A stretch of DNA of 64,000 bases from Eledone cirrhosa (lineage: Eukaryota): positions 30,752,001 through 30,816,000 of the forward strand of contig OZ024748.1 of assembly GCA_964016885.1 (NCBI GenBank). Reading direction: 5' to 3'. The notes under the pieces are model-generated. The model made no database searches and had not been told where the DNA came from. It worked only from the letters and a program-made list of their open reading frames with translations. Made by a program: the position numbers and the translations under genes. This document shows positions 1 to 12,036 of the stretch, in pieces (within the stretch, counting starts at the first letter, position 1; each line of letters opens with the position of its first letter).

Positions 1-915
1 TTGTCTTAGAGAGGTGTAAGGGTGCAAGGTCGGATTTTATCATGTCATCCCAGGTTTTTCTGGGTCTACCTACTCTGTAACTTCCATCAATTTTGATCGC
101 CCTGCACTTTTTTATCCAGCTGTTGTCTTTCATGCGCATCACATGACCATACCAACATAATTTTCTCTCAAGTAAACAGCATCTGATCCCTCTTATTCCT
201 AATTTCTCACTTAGTTTGTTCATGTTTTGCTGTTCATGTATTACACATCCAACGGAGCATGCATGCTTCATTCAATTCCAATCTGCGCAGGTCCTCTGCA
301 CACAATGCCCATGTCTCACTGCCATGTAACATTGCTGTTGGTATACAAGCATCATTCAATCTGCCTTTCATTCTTAGAGAGAAGAAGGAACTAGTATCCT
401 GTGGGCACTTGCTACTTATTGCACCTGAGCATAAAACCTACATTCTTTGATAGCTTGCCTGTGTTCCATTTGGGGCATAGAATGGAATTTCTATCTACTC
501 CTTTCCTACACACTGAGTATGGTCATTTCCCAGAGGGCACCTGTGCCCTATTTTCCTTTCTACATACTAGAACTTTAGTCTTAGACAAGTTAACTTTAAG
601 GCCTTTTGATTCTAGGCCATGCTTCCATGTTAGGAATTTCTTCTCTAGTTCAGCCATAGATTCAGCTATGAGAATTAGATTGTCTGCATATAGAAGTTCC
701 CACGGGCAGCCAGTCTTAAACTCCTCTGTTATAGCCTGAAGGGAAATAATAAACAGGAGGAGGCTAAGGACGGAGCCTTGATGAACACCGACTTTTACAC
801 TAAATTCTTCACTATATTGATTGTTAATTCTAACCTTACTGACTGTTTCTTTATACATGGCTTGTATAGCTCTCACAAGCCATTCATCTACTCCTAGTTT
901 TCTAAGGGCCCACCA
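1..915 (-). mobile_element. RTE-clade LINE fragment (RT and C-terminal part, internally deleted), same family as 56959-60466
   Basis: ORF 523-1071 contains WWALRKLGVDEWLVRAIQAMY...GVHQGSVLS...ELLYADNL, nearly identical to ORF 58740-59960. Confidence 0.9.
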
Positions 916-1104
916 GGCATAACGTTGAGTGCTTTTCTCATATTGAATCATGGTTAACATTGCAGAATGACTGATTCTACCCAGTGGTAAACCACCAAAT
1001 TTATATGTATATGTGAAGGTATTTAAGGTTTTGTTTATATGTAAAAGCAAATAAATTCTGAATTTCTTCACACCAACATTTTATTTTTCTTGTTGCAATA
1101 CTTG

Positions 1105-1107
<3 letters not shown>

Positions 1108-1175
<68 letters not shown>
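1108..1175. repeat. (TA)n microsatellite bounding a foldback element
   Basis: pure TA run. Confidence 0.95.
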
Positions 1176-1179
<4 letters not shown>

Positions 1180-1316
1180 AATGTAATCTGAGTTTTTTCG
1201 AATATTATTAATAACATTCAATTCGTTTGCAATTTTGCAAACAAGCCTCAATTTTATAGCCATGTCAGTAGAATGAACACTTCATTCTTGCTCTTGTGTT
1301 GGCATGCGAACAAAAA

Positions 1317-1358
1317 TGCAGACACTAATGTTTCTGGGTATCACCCTTCATCAGTACA
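1317..1358 (-). ncRNA. Type I hammerhead ribozyme motif (left-arm copy)
   Basis: minus strand: tgta CTGATGA a-gggt-gat-accc-a GAAA cattagt GTC tgca. Confidence 0.7.
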
Positions 1359-1464
1359 GCTCACTGTTCACCTGCCAAACTGTCAGAGCTAGTGAAAATA
1401 TATGCTATTTTCAAAAATACACAGCTCAAATTCACTAGCTCTGACAGTTTGGCAGGTGAACAGT

Positions 1465-1514
1465 GAACTGTACTGATGAAGGGTGATACCCAGAAACATT
1501 AGTGTCTGCAGTTC
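1465..1514 (+). ncRNA. Type I hammerhead ribozyme motif, GUC cleavage after 1506
   Basis: gaactgta CTGATGA a-gggt-gat-accc-a GAAA cattagt GTC tgcagttc; 8-bp stem I, 4-bp stem II, short stem III. Confidence 0.8.
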
Positions 1515-1630
1515 TGTTCGCATGCCAACGCAAGAGCAAGAATGAAGTGTTCATTTTACTGACATGGCTATACAATTGAGGCTTGTTTGCAAAATTGCAA
1601 ACGAATTGAATGTTATTATTAATATTCAAA

Positions 1631-1817
1631 GGGCGATGGATTGGCAGTATTGGTAGAGGGTCGGACGCCATGCTTTGACGTATAGAGTTACGGCCCTTTA
1701 CATTCTGAGTTCAAATCCCGCCAAGGTTAACTTTGCCTTTCATCCTTACGGGGTTGATAAAATAAAGTTCCAGTAATGCACTCGGTAATTGCTGGCCTTG
1801 TGCCTAACGTAGAAACA
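1631..1817 (+). mobile_element. tRNA-derived SINE (central domain gcctttcatccttacggggt.gataaaataaagtaccag, resembling the Meta/MESC-type domain)
   Basis: A-box-like tggcagtattgg, B-box gagttcaaatcc; target-site duplication attattaatatt at 1615-1626 and 1818-1829; more than 12 copies in the window. Confidence 0.85.
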
Positions 1818-1834
1818 ATTATTAATATTGAAAA

Positions 1835-1958
1835 AAACTTAGATTACATTTATTGTATTCAGCCATGTAGAGCGAAATTTTCTTTTTATATATATATATA
1901 TATATAAAAAGAAAATTTCGCTCTACATGGCTGAATACAATAAATGTAATCTAAGTTT
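1835..1958. repeat. Perfect palindrome centred on a (TA)n tract
   Basis: aaacttagattacatttattgtattcagccatgtagagcgaaattttcttttt-(TA)n-exact reverse complement. Confidence 0.9.
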
Positions 1959-2446
1959 GTATTCTTACATAATTTACACATCACCGAATTCTTTCGCTAA
2001 TATAGGGGTTCCCTCCCTTGCTGAATACCATGTGCGTTTTTGGCTTTGGGTCCCCTCTGTATTATTGGACGAAAACTCGTTGACGAAGCCTTTCCGCGTT
2101 CATCCCTTCTCTAGAAGTCTTATATATTTTTTATGTGGGCTGATAGTGATTGGATTAAGGAATTGCAGAAACCCAAGAAGCTAGATTTTACATCTTTCTA
2201 GCGGGTCCGGGTGAGTTTTTTACATTCATTTAATTTATTAATTTATTGATATTTTATTTGAGTGACCCGAATCTTCCTGGTCGTTCTTTTTCGGCTGCAC
2301 GGGTGATTTTAGGCATGATCTCTATGTGTTGGTATTTTAACGATAGTTATAGCTCTGATTTATCCAAATTATTGAGCCCTCTGCCACACATGTCGGATAT
2401 TGTTTATCGTGATTTCGTGGGCTGATATTCCGATTCTCGATTATTC

Positions 2447-2499
<53 letters not shown>

Positions 2500-2879
2500 T
2501 AAGTGTGTGTGTATATGTTTATATGGATGGCTCTGTCACTTGCACAATAATTTCACGAGCAGTTTACACAGTTGATCAAACAGCCAGAATACTTATTGTC
2601 AGAAGTGACAGTGGATCAACACACATTCCATAGCTCACCTATCGCACATGATGAATATGAGGGAGCATAATTATACTTTGAAGAACATCTATCACGTTCA
2701 TTCTCCCTGTAGAGTAGTTGGTGATACTACTACTAGTACCATGATAAAATGAACTCAGTAGATTGTGAGAATGAATGTATGTGAGATGGAGACCCTTGGC
2801 TCATAAGAGAGGTCAGTGGATCTGCTTCAGGAATGATTTCATCTGTGTTAAGCCATCTAAGCTGGGAAGGCAGACATTA

Positions 2880-3177
2880 AATGGTGAGGATGATGGTAGT
2901 GGTGGCAGTGGTGGTGGTGTTGGTGGTGGTGGTGGTGGCGATGGCAGTTATAGTGGTGATGAGGATGATCGTAGTGGTGGTGGCAGTGGTGCTGGTGGTA
3001 GTGGTGATGGTGGTGGCGATGGCAGTTATGGTGGTGATGAGGATGATCGTAGTGGTGATGGCAGTGGTGGTGGTGGCGGTGGTGGTGGTGGTGGTGGTGG
3101 TGGCGGCAGTGTTGGTGGTGGTGGTGGTGGCAGTGGTGGTGCTGGTGGAGGAGATGATGATGATGATCATGATGGTG
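2880..3177. repeat. (GGT/GAT)n low-complexity repeat
   Basis: trinucleotide runs with an internal ~75-bp duplication. Confidence 0.9.
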
Positions 3178-3398
3178 TCTAAGGTTAAGGTTAATTTAAA
3201 AACTAAAATAATGCTGCCATGTAAAAATAAATTGACAAATTAGTTATTTAAACTAGACATATATTATATTTTATTCACAGATAATCAGATGTTTTTTAAA
3301 AAAAGCTATTTATGATGTACTGGTAAATATATTATTTCTGACTTCCTCTTTCATAGTCAGGTAAATCATTTTAGAGGGAGGGGGGGGGATAATTATAT

Positions 3399-3592
3399 TC
3401 AGTAAAGTTTTATAAGGGTACAGTGACAACGATTATAAACACGAAAAGCAATACATGTGGGATATTTCAAACAGATGCTAGAACACTGAATTTCTGAATG
3501 AACTATTTTTGTTATATCACTTACAATATTGTGATAGACATTCTTTTTAAAGGTGAATGTTGAATATGCCGTAAAACTGTTCACTTCTCTTT
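3399..3592 (-). CDS. Gene A exon 6 (terminal): C-terminal PAN/Apple-like domain
   Basis: acceptor ttttctgttctag, phase 1; EREVNSFTAY...SEIQCSSICLKYPTCIAFRVYNRCHCTLIKLY*. Confidence 0.75.
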
Positions 3593-3787
3593 CTAGAACA
3601 GAAAACAGAGAGAAAAGAAAATTAGGAACAATAATAAATGATTGACTCATATTGATACAACACAGGGTGAATCATGTAGAACAATAAGTATCGCTGACTC
3701 CTCCTCATCTTCCTTTTTCTTCTTCTTAACAGTGTCCACTCTTTTGAAAGCATTTGGCCAAGGCTTTGTTCTCAGTATAATTTCCTC

Positions 3788-4000
3788 CCTTCCGTACACC
3801 AACCCCTGAGGACCTGAGATCCTCCCTTCTGTACACCAACACCAGAGGCCGAGATACTCCCTTCCGTACACCAACCCTTGAAGACCTGAGATCCTTCCTT
3901 CTGTACACCAACGCATGAGGCCCTGAGATCCTCCCTTCCGTACACCAAACCCTGAAGCCCTGAGAACCTCCTTTCTGTACACCAACTTTAGAGGCCCTGA
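3788..4000. repeat. ~37-bp minisatellite, ~6 copies
   Basis: gtacacc recurs at 3794, 3831, 3866, 3903, 3940, 3977. Confidence 0.9.
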
Positions 4001-5045
4001 GAAAGGTTCTAGGCATTATGCTTCCTTCTCTAAAAAAAACTACTATGTTTCAAATGGTTTAATTATCAATCCCATGAAATTCCTAATTCATTAGCTGTGG
4101 TCATGGTTTTGTGGTTTGGCAGTAATAAGTGTAGACACTGCACCCTCTTTTCTATAAGTAAATGTTATAAATATATTCTTTGTTTATTGTCCATGTCTAT
4201 AGTTACAATTTTTATATTCTTGGAATCTTCATTTCATGCAGTTTTCAAAGCTCTTATCAGCTAGGTGACATATTCCACCAGCACTAAAGACATTTCTATT
4301 TTGATTACCATTTCTGATATCATTTAATTAAATATTAACCCTTTTGATAGCAAACCACCTGAAACCACCCATGATTTTGTGAAACACAGTTGCTTATTTT
4401 AAATTTGTATATATTTATCTAGTGCTTGGGTCAATTCTTCCTCTACATCTCTTTCTCACTTTCTCTCGCTCAATCTTTCTATTCTACTTTGGAAGAAATC
4501 AGCTGTACTCAGATCTGGTGAGGAGATGGACTCTGCTAGACACAAAATGCCCAAGAAATGCTGTATGTGAATATAATGCTCCTACAACTTCATCAGGAGT
4601 TATGGGACCATACCATACCATATTTATCTAAAAGCCTTCCAAATATTATTTTATATAAAAACATTTATGCTCTAAACATCAACTTAATAATGAGTAAGTT
4701 AGTTATATTACTAAATCCCTCCAAATTTTTAATTATTATTTTCAAAGTTAGTGTTTTGTTATAGTTTGGCAGGGTCCTGCTGCCAATAAAAACACATGTA
4801 CCAGTTGAGATTCACTCCAGTTTATTATTACGTGAGTAACTAATTTATTCATTGGTTAGTTTAGTAACTGGATGGTTGTTTAATTGTTGTCATGTTAATT
4901 GTTAAAGCTATCACACATCCTATCATCTCAGTGACTATTCTTTCATTAAGAATCTTGCAAAACAGATACAAAAATGAAGTATAGGCAGTGTGTTTCATTA
5001 GAAATATGGTAATGGAGATATATAGAAAAATGTGATATTACTTAC

Positions 5046-5141
5046 CGTCAATGAAAAAATATAAATTTTCAGTTTTTAGACCACATCCCTTGCTATTAAT
5101 CTCCTGCAGTTCATTAGATTGTATGAAAATATTCCAAAGTG
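5046..5141 (-). CDS. Gene A exon 5 (96 nt, phase 1-1 linker)
   Basis: acceptor ttttcatttcag, donor gtaag; TLWNIFIQSNELQEINSKGCGLKTENLYFFID; homologous to exon 40806-40898. Confidence 0.75.
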
Positions 5142-5206
5142 CTGAAATGAAAACAGAAATTTTCTTTTTCTCAACAGGCTTCATTATTTTTCATTATTCC
5201 GTTAAT

Positions 5207-5430
5207 GAGGGCGGATGATTGGCAGTATCAGTAGTATTGAACAACATGCTTTGTGGCATATAGTTACCGCCCTTTATATTCTAAGTTCTAATCCCATTGA
5301 GGTTAGCTTTGCCTGTCATCCTTACGGGGGGGTCAATAAAATATGGTACCAGTAACGCACTGGGGTCAATTTAATTAACTTCTTCCTTCCCTTCAAATTA
5401 ATGACCTTTGTGCCAAAAGTAGAAACAATT
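5207..5430 (+). mobile_element. tRNA-derived SINE copy
   Basis: same head and central domain as 1631-1817. Confidence 0.8.
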
Positions 5431-6215
5431 ATTCATTAGAATGTCAGATAGAATGTTTTGTAGTTTTCTTTCCAGCTCTCTGAGCTCAGAGTTCTTGCCA
5501 AGGTCAATGTTGCTTTTTAACTTTTCTAGGATAAAAGAATTATCTGTCCAGTACTGGGTTTCATTCTTCCTCTATTTCTCTTTCTCACTTCCTCTCTATA
5601 ACTTTCTCTCTCTCCCTCTCTCTCCCTCTCTCTCCCTCTCTGTCTTTCATTCTCTTTCCTTCTCTGGAAGAAATCAGCTGTGTTCGGACCTGGAGAGAGG
5701 ATGGGCTCCGCCGGGTGTAAAATGTCAAAATAGCACCCTTCAGGAGTTATGGGTTCATACAAACGTGTTCTTTTCATATTGATAAAGAAATTCTTACTGC
5801 TTTGATATAATCGACTTCCCAACCTTCCAAAATGTGTCTACATAAGATATTATTAGTCATTTAACATATGCATGGACCCCGTAACTCCTGGGAAGTCGTA
5901 GGCGCGACTTATTGACATACAGTGTTTCTAGGGTATTTTTTAAACCTGGCGGAGCCCATCTCCTCTCCAGGTCTGACCACAGCAGATTTCTTCCAGAGAA
6001 GGATAGAGAGAATGAAAGAATGGAAGTGAGAAAGAAATATATAGGAAAAATCGACCCCAGTACCAGTCAGGTACTTTTTTTATCGACCTCAAATGGATGA
6101 AAGACAAAGTTGACCTCAGCAGGATTTGAACTCAGAGAGCAGAGAGCAGAAATGAATACTGCAAAGCATTCTATCCAATGTTCTAACGTCTCTACCAATT
6201 CGTCACCTTCATTTA
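5431..6215. mobile_element. Two copies of a longer SINE variant in opposite orientation (~5431-5770 plus, ~5865-6215 minus)
   Basis: ctctggaagaaatcagctgtg...gacctggagagaggatgggctccgcc vs ggcggagcccatctcctctccaggtc...gatttcttccagag; further pieces at 4420-4620 and 45255-45345. Confidence 0.7.
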
Positions 6216-6371
6216 ACATATAATAGATACTTATTTATTATAATTAATATTTTTTAATTATAAGAACAAGAACACAGATGTAGGCAGTTAGGTTGTAGGT
6301 GGGTAGGCAAATAGATAGGTAGGTAAACAGCTAAATAGATAGATTAATAGTTAGATAGTTTGGAATATATA

Positions 6372-6564
6372 GGAGGGTCGGCTGAAAAGTTCATAGGCGG
6401 AACAAGATACTCTCATGGAATGACAAAATGAGGTTTACTTTGAAAATAGTCCCCGGAAAGAAACAATGCAATTATTAATAAGGAGAGTTGAAATTAATGC
6501 AAGAAAGATTTCACAGCTCTAGCATCACTCCTTCATAGTCAGCCTATGAACATTTCAGCCTAAC

Positions 6565-6568
<4 letters not shown>
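6372..6568. mobile_element. Tc1/mariner-derived MITE
   Basis: TIRs ggagggtcggctgaaaagttcataggc / gcctatgaacatttcagcctaacctca, TA on both sides. Confidence 0.75.
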
Positions 6569-6636
<68 letters not shown>

Positions 6637-6853
6637 TAAACGGAATAGAAAATGCTGACAAATTGTTCACAGTTGAAAAATGGTTTAATTAGGAATAAAA
6701 GAGTATTAGTGATTGTATGGGTTAGTATTCAGTTGTGGTTTTAAGTTTTTAAGTTTTTACCGGTTGCGCATTTCTAAATGCTTTTCAAAAATAATTTTGA
6801 GATAGAGTGTCCGTGCTGTTTGCTCTGATCTGATTAGTTTTGGGAATTCTACC

Positions 6854-7070
6854 TGTTTTTATGTTAAAAAAGTGGCTCCAATTTGCAAAAATTCTTGTGG
6901 TCAAAACAATTTTGATTGGTCGGTAGAGGTCATGTGAATGTAAAAAATTGATTTTGCGCCAAGACTGTTTTTATGTTAAAAAAGTGGCTCCAGCAAAAAT
7001 TCTTGTGGTCAAAACAATTTTGATTGGTCGGTAGAGGTCATGTGAATAAAAAATTGGTTTTGCGCCAAGA
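6854..7070. repeat. ~113-bp tandem duplication
   Basis: ttttatgttaaaaaagtggctcca...aaaattcttgtggtcaaaacaattttgattggtcggtagaggtcatgtgaa occurs twice. Confidence 0.85.
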
Positions 7071-7596
7071 TTGAGAAATGACTCTTTCACAACAAATATG
7101 TGTGTGTGTGTGTGTGTGTGTGTAGTAGTAGTAGTAAGGTGTTCGATGTTGTGATAATGGTTAGCAGTGATGTGTGTCAAATGGCTATTAAGATAAGTGT
7201 GTGTGTGTGTGTATAGCAGAGTAATTTGTGGTGGCAGGGATGGTCAGTAAGAATGTGTCTGAAAGCAATGGGGGGTATTTTAGCATGTCAAAAGATATTT
7301 TTCAGCTTTTGTCTTATACGGAGAAGTGCGTGTGTGTGTGTGTGTGTATATAAGTCTCTTTGTATGTTGATGTACGCGTGTGTATGTGTGTGTGTATATA
7401 TGGGTGTGTGTATATATGTGTGTGTGTGTGTGGGTGGACCAGTATTTTTATAACTTGTGTGTTACACCTCTATTCTTTTAACTATATATATATACACATA
7501 TTTATTAAAATAACAGATTAAAGTTTAAGCAAAGAATCGTTGCTTTCACCCTTAACGGGATCTTCCGAAACTCATTATTACTATATATATATACAC

Positions 7597-7652
<56 letters not shown>

Positions 7653-8308
7653 GATGAAACACAGATACCAACACATCTGTATTTATATTGCATATATATT
7701 AGTTTATACACGGCTCAGGGGTATTTCCTCCTTCGAGCTAATTCCATTGTAAAAGAATTCATTACACTTAATAATATAACTGCTCCTAGTCTGAGCTGAA
7801 AGTCGCCTCATATATACGACTGTTATTTCTAGCAGTACGGTTATGAGACTAGCTAGAAACTGTGAGCCATGTGCGTTACACAGTCTTTTAAATTATTTAG
7901 AAGTGAAGCATATCAATTTGTCCCTGGATGTTTACTGAGGAGAGCAGGACATGATATTCCTACACTTATTTATCTCAAAACATATTTGGATTTTAAAGTT
8001 TAAACTTATCTACGGAACAGGTTTGATTTTGAAATTTAAATGTGTCTAAACATCATAGCCATTTGGCAATGCAGTTCGTCTTTGTTGATTTATTATTTTA
8101 AATCGATATGGACAAGCTGTAGTATAATAATTAGTATACTTCATTCTGGCTAAATTTTCTTTTGCAATATAAATACAGATGTGTTGGTATCTGTGTTTCA
8201 TCATATATATTAGTTTATACACGGCTCAGGGGTATTTCCTCCTTCGAGCTAATTCCATTGTAAAAGAATTCATTACACTTAATAATATATATATATATAT
8301 ATATATAT

Positions 8309-8863
8309 CTAAGGCGGGTAAAATTCCCGAGATCCATGGACGAGTTCTCTCCAGCGGTCTCTGTCCCTCATTATCGCTGCCATATCCTGCATCTCCAACA
8401 GACCAGTGTCTGTCCTTAGGGCATCAACATATGTTAACCTTGGTCTTCCTCTTCTAGTGTGTCCATGTAGGGGCTCCCAAAGGAGCACTGAGTGCAATGT
8501 CAACTCTGGATGTCGGTGAGCATGTCCAGCCAACCTCAGTCTTCTCTGTGTCACTTTTGAGCTGACTTTTGGGATGCTCCCATACAGCTTTGAGTTTTTC
8601 ATCCTCAGTGTATACTGATTAATGTTCAGAGCCATCCTCAGCATTCTCGTGTAGCACCCATCCACCACCTGAGTGAGTCTCTTGGTCAGTGTCCAAGTCT
8701 CAGACCCATACAGCAGCACAGACTCCACTACAGCAATGAAGAGGCGGATTTTCAGGTCTCTACGAAGGTCCGACTTCCACACCGATCTCAAGCTGTGACA
8801 CGCCGCCCAGGCCTTGCTCTTCCTCTCAACCACATCATCTTCCGTATTCCCAATCTTTGCTCC
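8309..8863 (-). mobile_element. 3' segment of an RTE-clade LINE (C-terminal ~181 aa); stop codon directly followed by (AT)n
   Basis: GAKIGNTEDDVVERKSKAW...VESVLLYGSETW...RRLRLAGHAHR...GRPRLTY; continues the ORF that breaks at 11444. Confidence 0.9.
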
Positions 8864-11440
8864 GAGTGGCGCCGGTAAGGTATTGTCAGCCATTGAAAAG
8901 AAATATGGAGAGTCGATCTAACAGCACTAGGGTTAGAGCCCCTAATTACACTGTCAAGGAGCAGCCTGGTCGTTATGACTCTGCTGGCTTAGAGCCACAG
9001 AGAGGGCCAGTGGATGATGGATCAGCTGTCTCTGAGACAAATATAAAGAATGCAGTTTTGTCCTGCAGAAGAGCCATCAAAATGGGCACTTTGAATGTGA
9101 GGACTATTCGAACGCTGGAGAAGAGAGAGGAGTTGGGACATCTGTTCGAGGAGAGTGGTATACAGATACTTGCGATCCAAGAACACAGGATTCTACACGA
9201 TGAGCCCGTGAGGAGTGTGATGATCGGGAGGAAGAGCCAGCTCATCACTACATCGGCAGTGAAGAACACAACAAATGCTGCAGTAGGAGGAGTGGGTTTT
9301 GTGTTCAGTGCAAAAACCAATCTGTTGGTGAGGGAAATAATGCCTATCTCCCCGCGAGTGTTGAGGGTGACCTTCAATGGAAACCCAAGACTGACAGTCA
9401 TCTCAGCCTATAGTCCAACCGAGGGGGACAGTGATGTGAATGCGGAGGAGTTCCATGAGGAGGTGTGTAGAGCTGTCAACACCACCCAGGCACACAATAT
9501 CCTGCTTGTTTTGGGGGACTTCAATGCACATCTGAGTAAGGAGGGCAGAGAAGATCCTTGCTGGTACTTCCATAACAACACCAACCGAAATGGAAGACTA
9601 CTGAGAGACACCCTGCTGGAGGCGAACTTGATGGCGACCAACCTAAGGTTTAGGAAGAATCTGGGGAAGATGTGGACCTACATCTCAGATGTGCACCTGT
9701 CCAAGTCCCAGATTGATTTCATTCTGGTGAGGAAAAAGTGGCGGAATAGTGTTCTGAACACGGAACCATACAGCTATTTCAGTACACTGGGTAGTGACCA
9801 CCGGCTTGTTATGAGTGAGGTCCGCGTGAGCTTAAGAAAGAGCAAGGCTCAGCCCCGGAGAACAATCTATGACTGGGGAGCTTTCAAGGAAGATGATAAG
9901 CTACAGGAGAGGTTCACAGTGGAAGTGAGAAACAGGTTTAGTGCTCTGTGTGGAGAGTCAGAGGAGAGAGAGATTGGATGGACTGAGGAGAGTGTGACGA
10001 GGAGGTACGGGCACTTCACCAATGCAAGTGAAACCCTGGTGCCGAGGAAAAAGAACAAAGGGAAGCACGTCAGCTCTGCAAACCCCAAAGTGTGTGCAGC
10101 CAGAGAACACCTGAAAGCTGCCAGGGACCAATTCTATGCTGATCCTACGGAGGAGAGGATGGAGACTGTGGAGGTGATGAGGGAAGAGCTCTGTACCGCT
10201 TACACTGAGGTCAGAGAGGAGGCACTGATAGAGAGGATCAGAAGTGTGGAGAGAGCGGTTGACAGTTCTGGATGTAAGGAGAGCTGGATGATCATCAACG
10301 AGATCACAGGGAGGAAGAAAAGGTGTTCGAGTCAGGTCCAGGGAACGGGGCCCGAGGATAGGAAGAGGAAATGGCTAGACCATTTTAGGACCCTACTAGG
10401 AGAGCCACCCTCCACAGCCCAGAGCACTGGGGAGATCAGGCGGCTGTTTGAGGAACTGGATGTTGAGACAGAGCCCTTCACCAGAGAGGAGCTTCAGAGA
10501 GCCAAGAAGAAGATCAAGGAGGGCAAGGCTCATGGAGAGGATGGAGTGGCATCAGAGGTGATGAAGAGGTGTAATTTTGATGATATCATCCTGGGGTTCT
10601 GTAACGGGGTGCTGGAGAAAGGAGTTGCCCCGAATCAGTGGAGGATCAGTAACATCGTCCCAGTGCCAAAGAAGGGAGATCTCTCTAACACCAACAACTA
10701 CCGGGGGATCTCACTGACGTCACTTGTGGCAAAGACCCTCAACAGGATGATTCTTAACAGGATCCAGCCTGAGATGGAGAAGAAGCTCAGGGACAACCAG
10801 AACGGCTTCAGAGAGGGTAGATCAACCACCAGTCACATCCTGATGCTGAGGAGGATATTAGAGGGAGCTAGAGCAAAGTGCTTTACTGCGGTCATGGTTT
10901 TCATTGACTTTAGGAAGGCCTTTGATTCTGTGGACCGTTACTGCCTGATGAAGATCTTACAGGCTTATGGAATCCCCAAGAGGATAGTGGACCTGATATC
11001 ACTGCTCTACACCAACACCAAAGCCCAAGTCATTACACCTGATGGGATGACAGAGTTCTTTGAGATACTGGCTGGAGTGCTCCAGGGAGATACATTGGCT
11101 CCCTACCTTTTTATCATCGTAGTGGACTATTGTATGCGCCTTGCACTGGAGAAACACCAGGACTCTGGCTTTACTGTAGCACCGGCTCAGAGCAGGAGAG
11201 TTGGGGCGAAAAAGGTATCGGATGCTGAATTTGCCGACGACATAGTTTTGGTGACAAATACAGTGAAGGAGGCAGAGGATTTGATGCGGGAGGTTGAGAC
11301 TGTGTCGATGAGTGTGGGGCTGAGAATGAATGAGACTAAAACAAAATATCTGGTAGAGAATGTTGAGAAGCCAGAGGGGATCACTAATGTAGGCGGGAAG
11401 CCGCTGGAATTGGTTGAGGACTTCCTGTATTTGGGAGCAA

Positions 11441-11444
<4 letters not shown>
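8864..11444 (+). mobile_element. Inverted 5' segment of the same RTE-clade LINE: APE endonuclease plus reverse transcriptase, ATG at 8905
   Basis: GTLNVRT, IQEHR, SAYSPT, GDFNAH, IDFIL, SDH (APE); YRGISL, QNGFR, FIDFRKAFDSV, GVLQGDTLAPYLF, FADD (RT); breaks at LGAKI into (TA)n. Confidence 0.95.
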
Positions 11445-11482
<38 letters not shown>

Positions 11483-11619
11483 GATGGTTTAACTAATGGG
11501 TAAATCTGGTCATTCTGATTAGTAGACCATGATGCAATAAACAAAACCACGCAACGTTATGCCTATTATCCATCGTAGATGTGATATCTTATGGTTGGTG
11601 CAAGGACTGAATTAGATAC

Positions 11620-12036
11620 TTCAATGAAAACAAAAAGTTGAATTCCAAATATTTCTATAATATTGCAAAAATCACAATACGTATTTCTATGGCCTGCTTA
11701 TGTCATGAGATCATAACACATAACGTATTGATGTCATCAAGTGCAAATGCAAAGATAAACAGAGAATAGAATTGATACAGAGTTGGTCCACTAGTCAGTG
11801 TGACTGCTGTGATGGATAGCACCATAGCAGTCACACAGACTGGTGAACCGCCTCATTATCAATTCTATTTGCTGTAATCCAGTAATTGATTGCTCAATCT
11901 TTGCAATTTACACTTGATAACATCACCACATGTCTTGCATCATGATCTCATGATGTAAGCAGGCCATAGAAATATGGATTAGGATTTTTGCAACATTAAA
12001 GGAATATTTGGAATCTAGCCTTCTGTTTTCATTGAA
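11620..12036. mobile_element. Diverged foldback/MITE-like element (whole element palindromic)
   Basis: ends ttcaatgaaaac / gttttcattgaa; tatttctatggcctgctta vs taagcaggccatagaaata; centre gtgtgactgct...agcagtcacac. Confidence 0.7.

Larger units (their letters stand above)
1176..1853. mobile_element. Head-to-head inverted repeat (arms ~1176-1396 and ~1431-1853) with a hammerhead in each arm; probable non-autonomous Penelope-like insertion; right arm interrupted by a SINE
   Basis: arms are reverse complements (e.g. cctgccaaactgtcagagctagtgaa / ttcactagctctgacagtttggcagg); homology resumes after the SINE (aaacttagattacatttatt vs aataaatgtaatctgagttt). Confidence 0.75.

Noticed and set aside
2775-3243. 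Gly/Val/Thr-rich ORFs (also 49210-49971 and Pro-rich 50650-51108)
   Set aside because: Open in several frames because they are trinucleotide repeats; no splice or domain support
6753-6793. Hammerhead-shaped motif on the minus strand (gcattt/aaatgc stem, ACCGGT)
   Set aside because: Both core boxes are mutated (TTGAAAA, GCAA); at best a dead relic
7530-7885. Partial hammerhead-like strings (CGGAAGA...GAAA on minus; GAAActgtg...cacagTC on plus)
   Set aside because: No complete core with stem I
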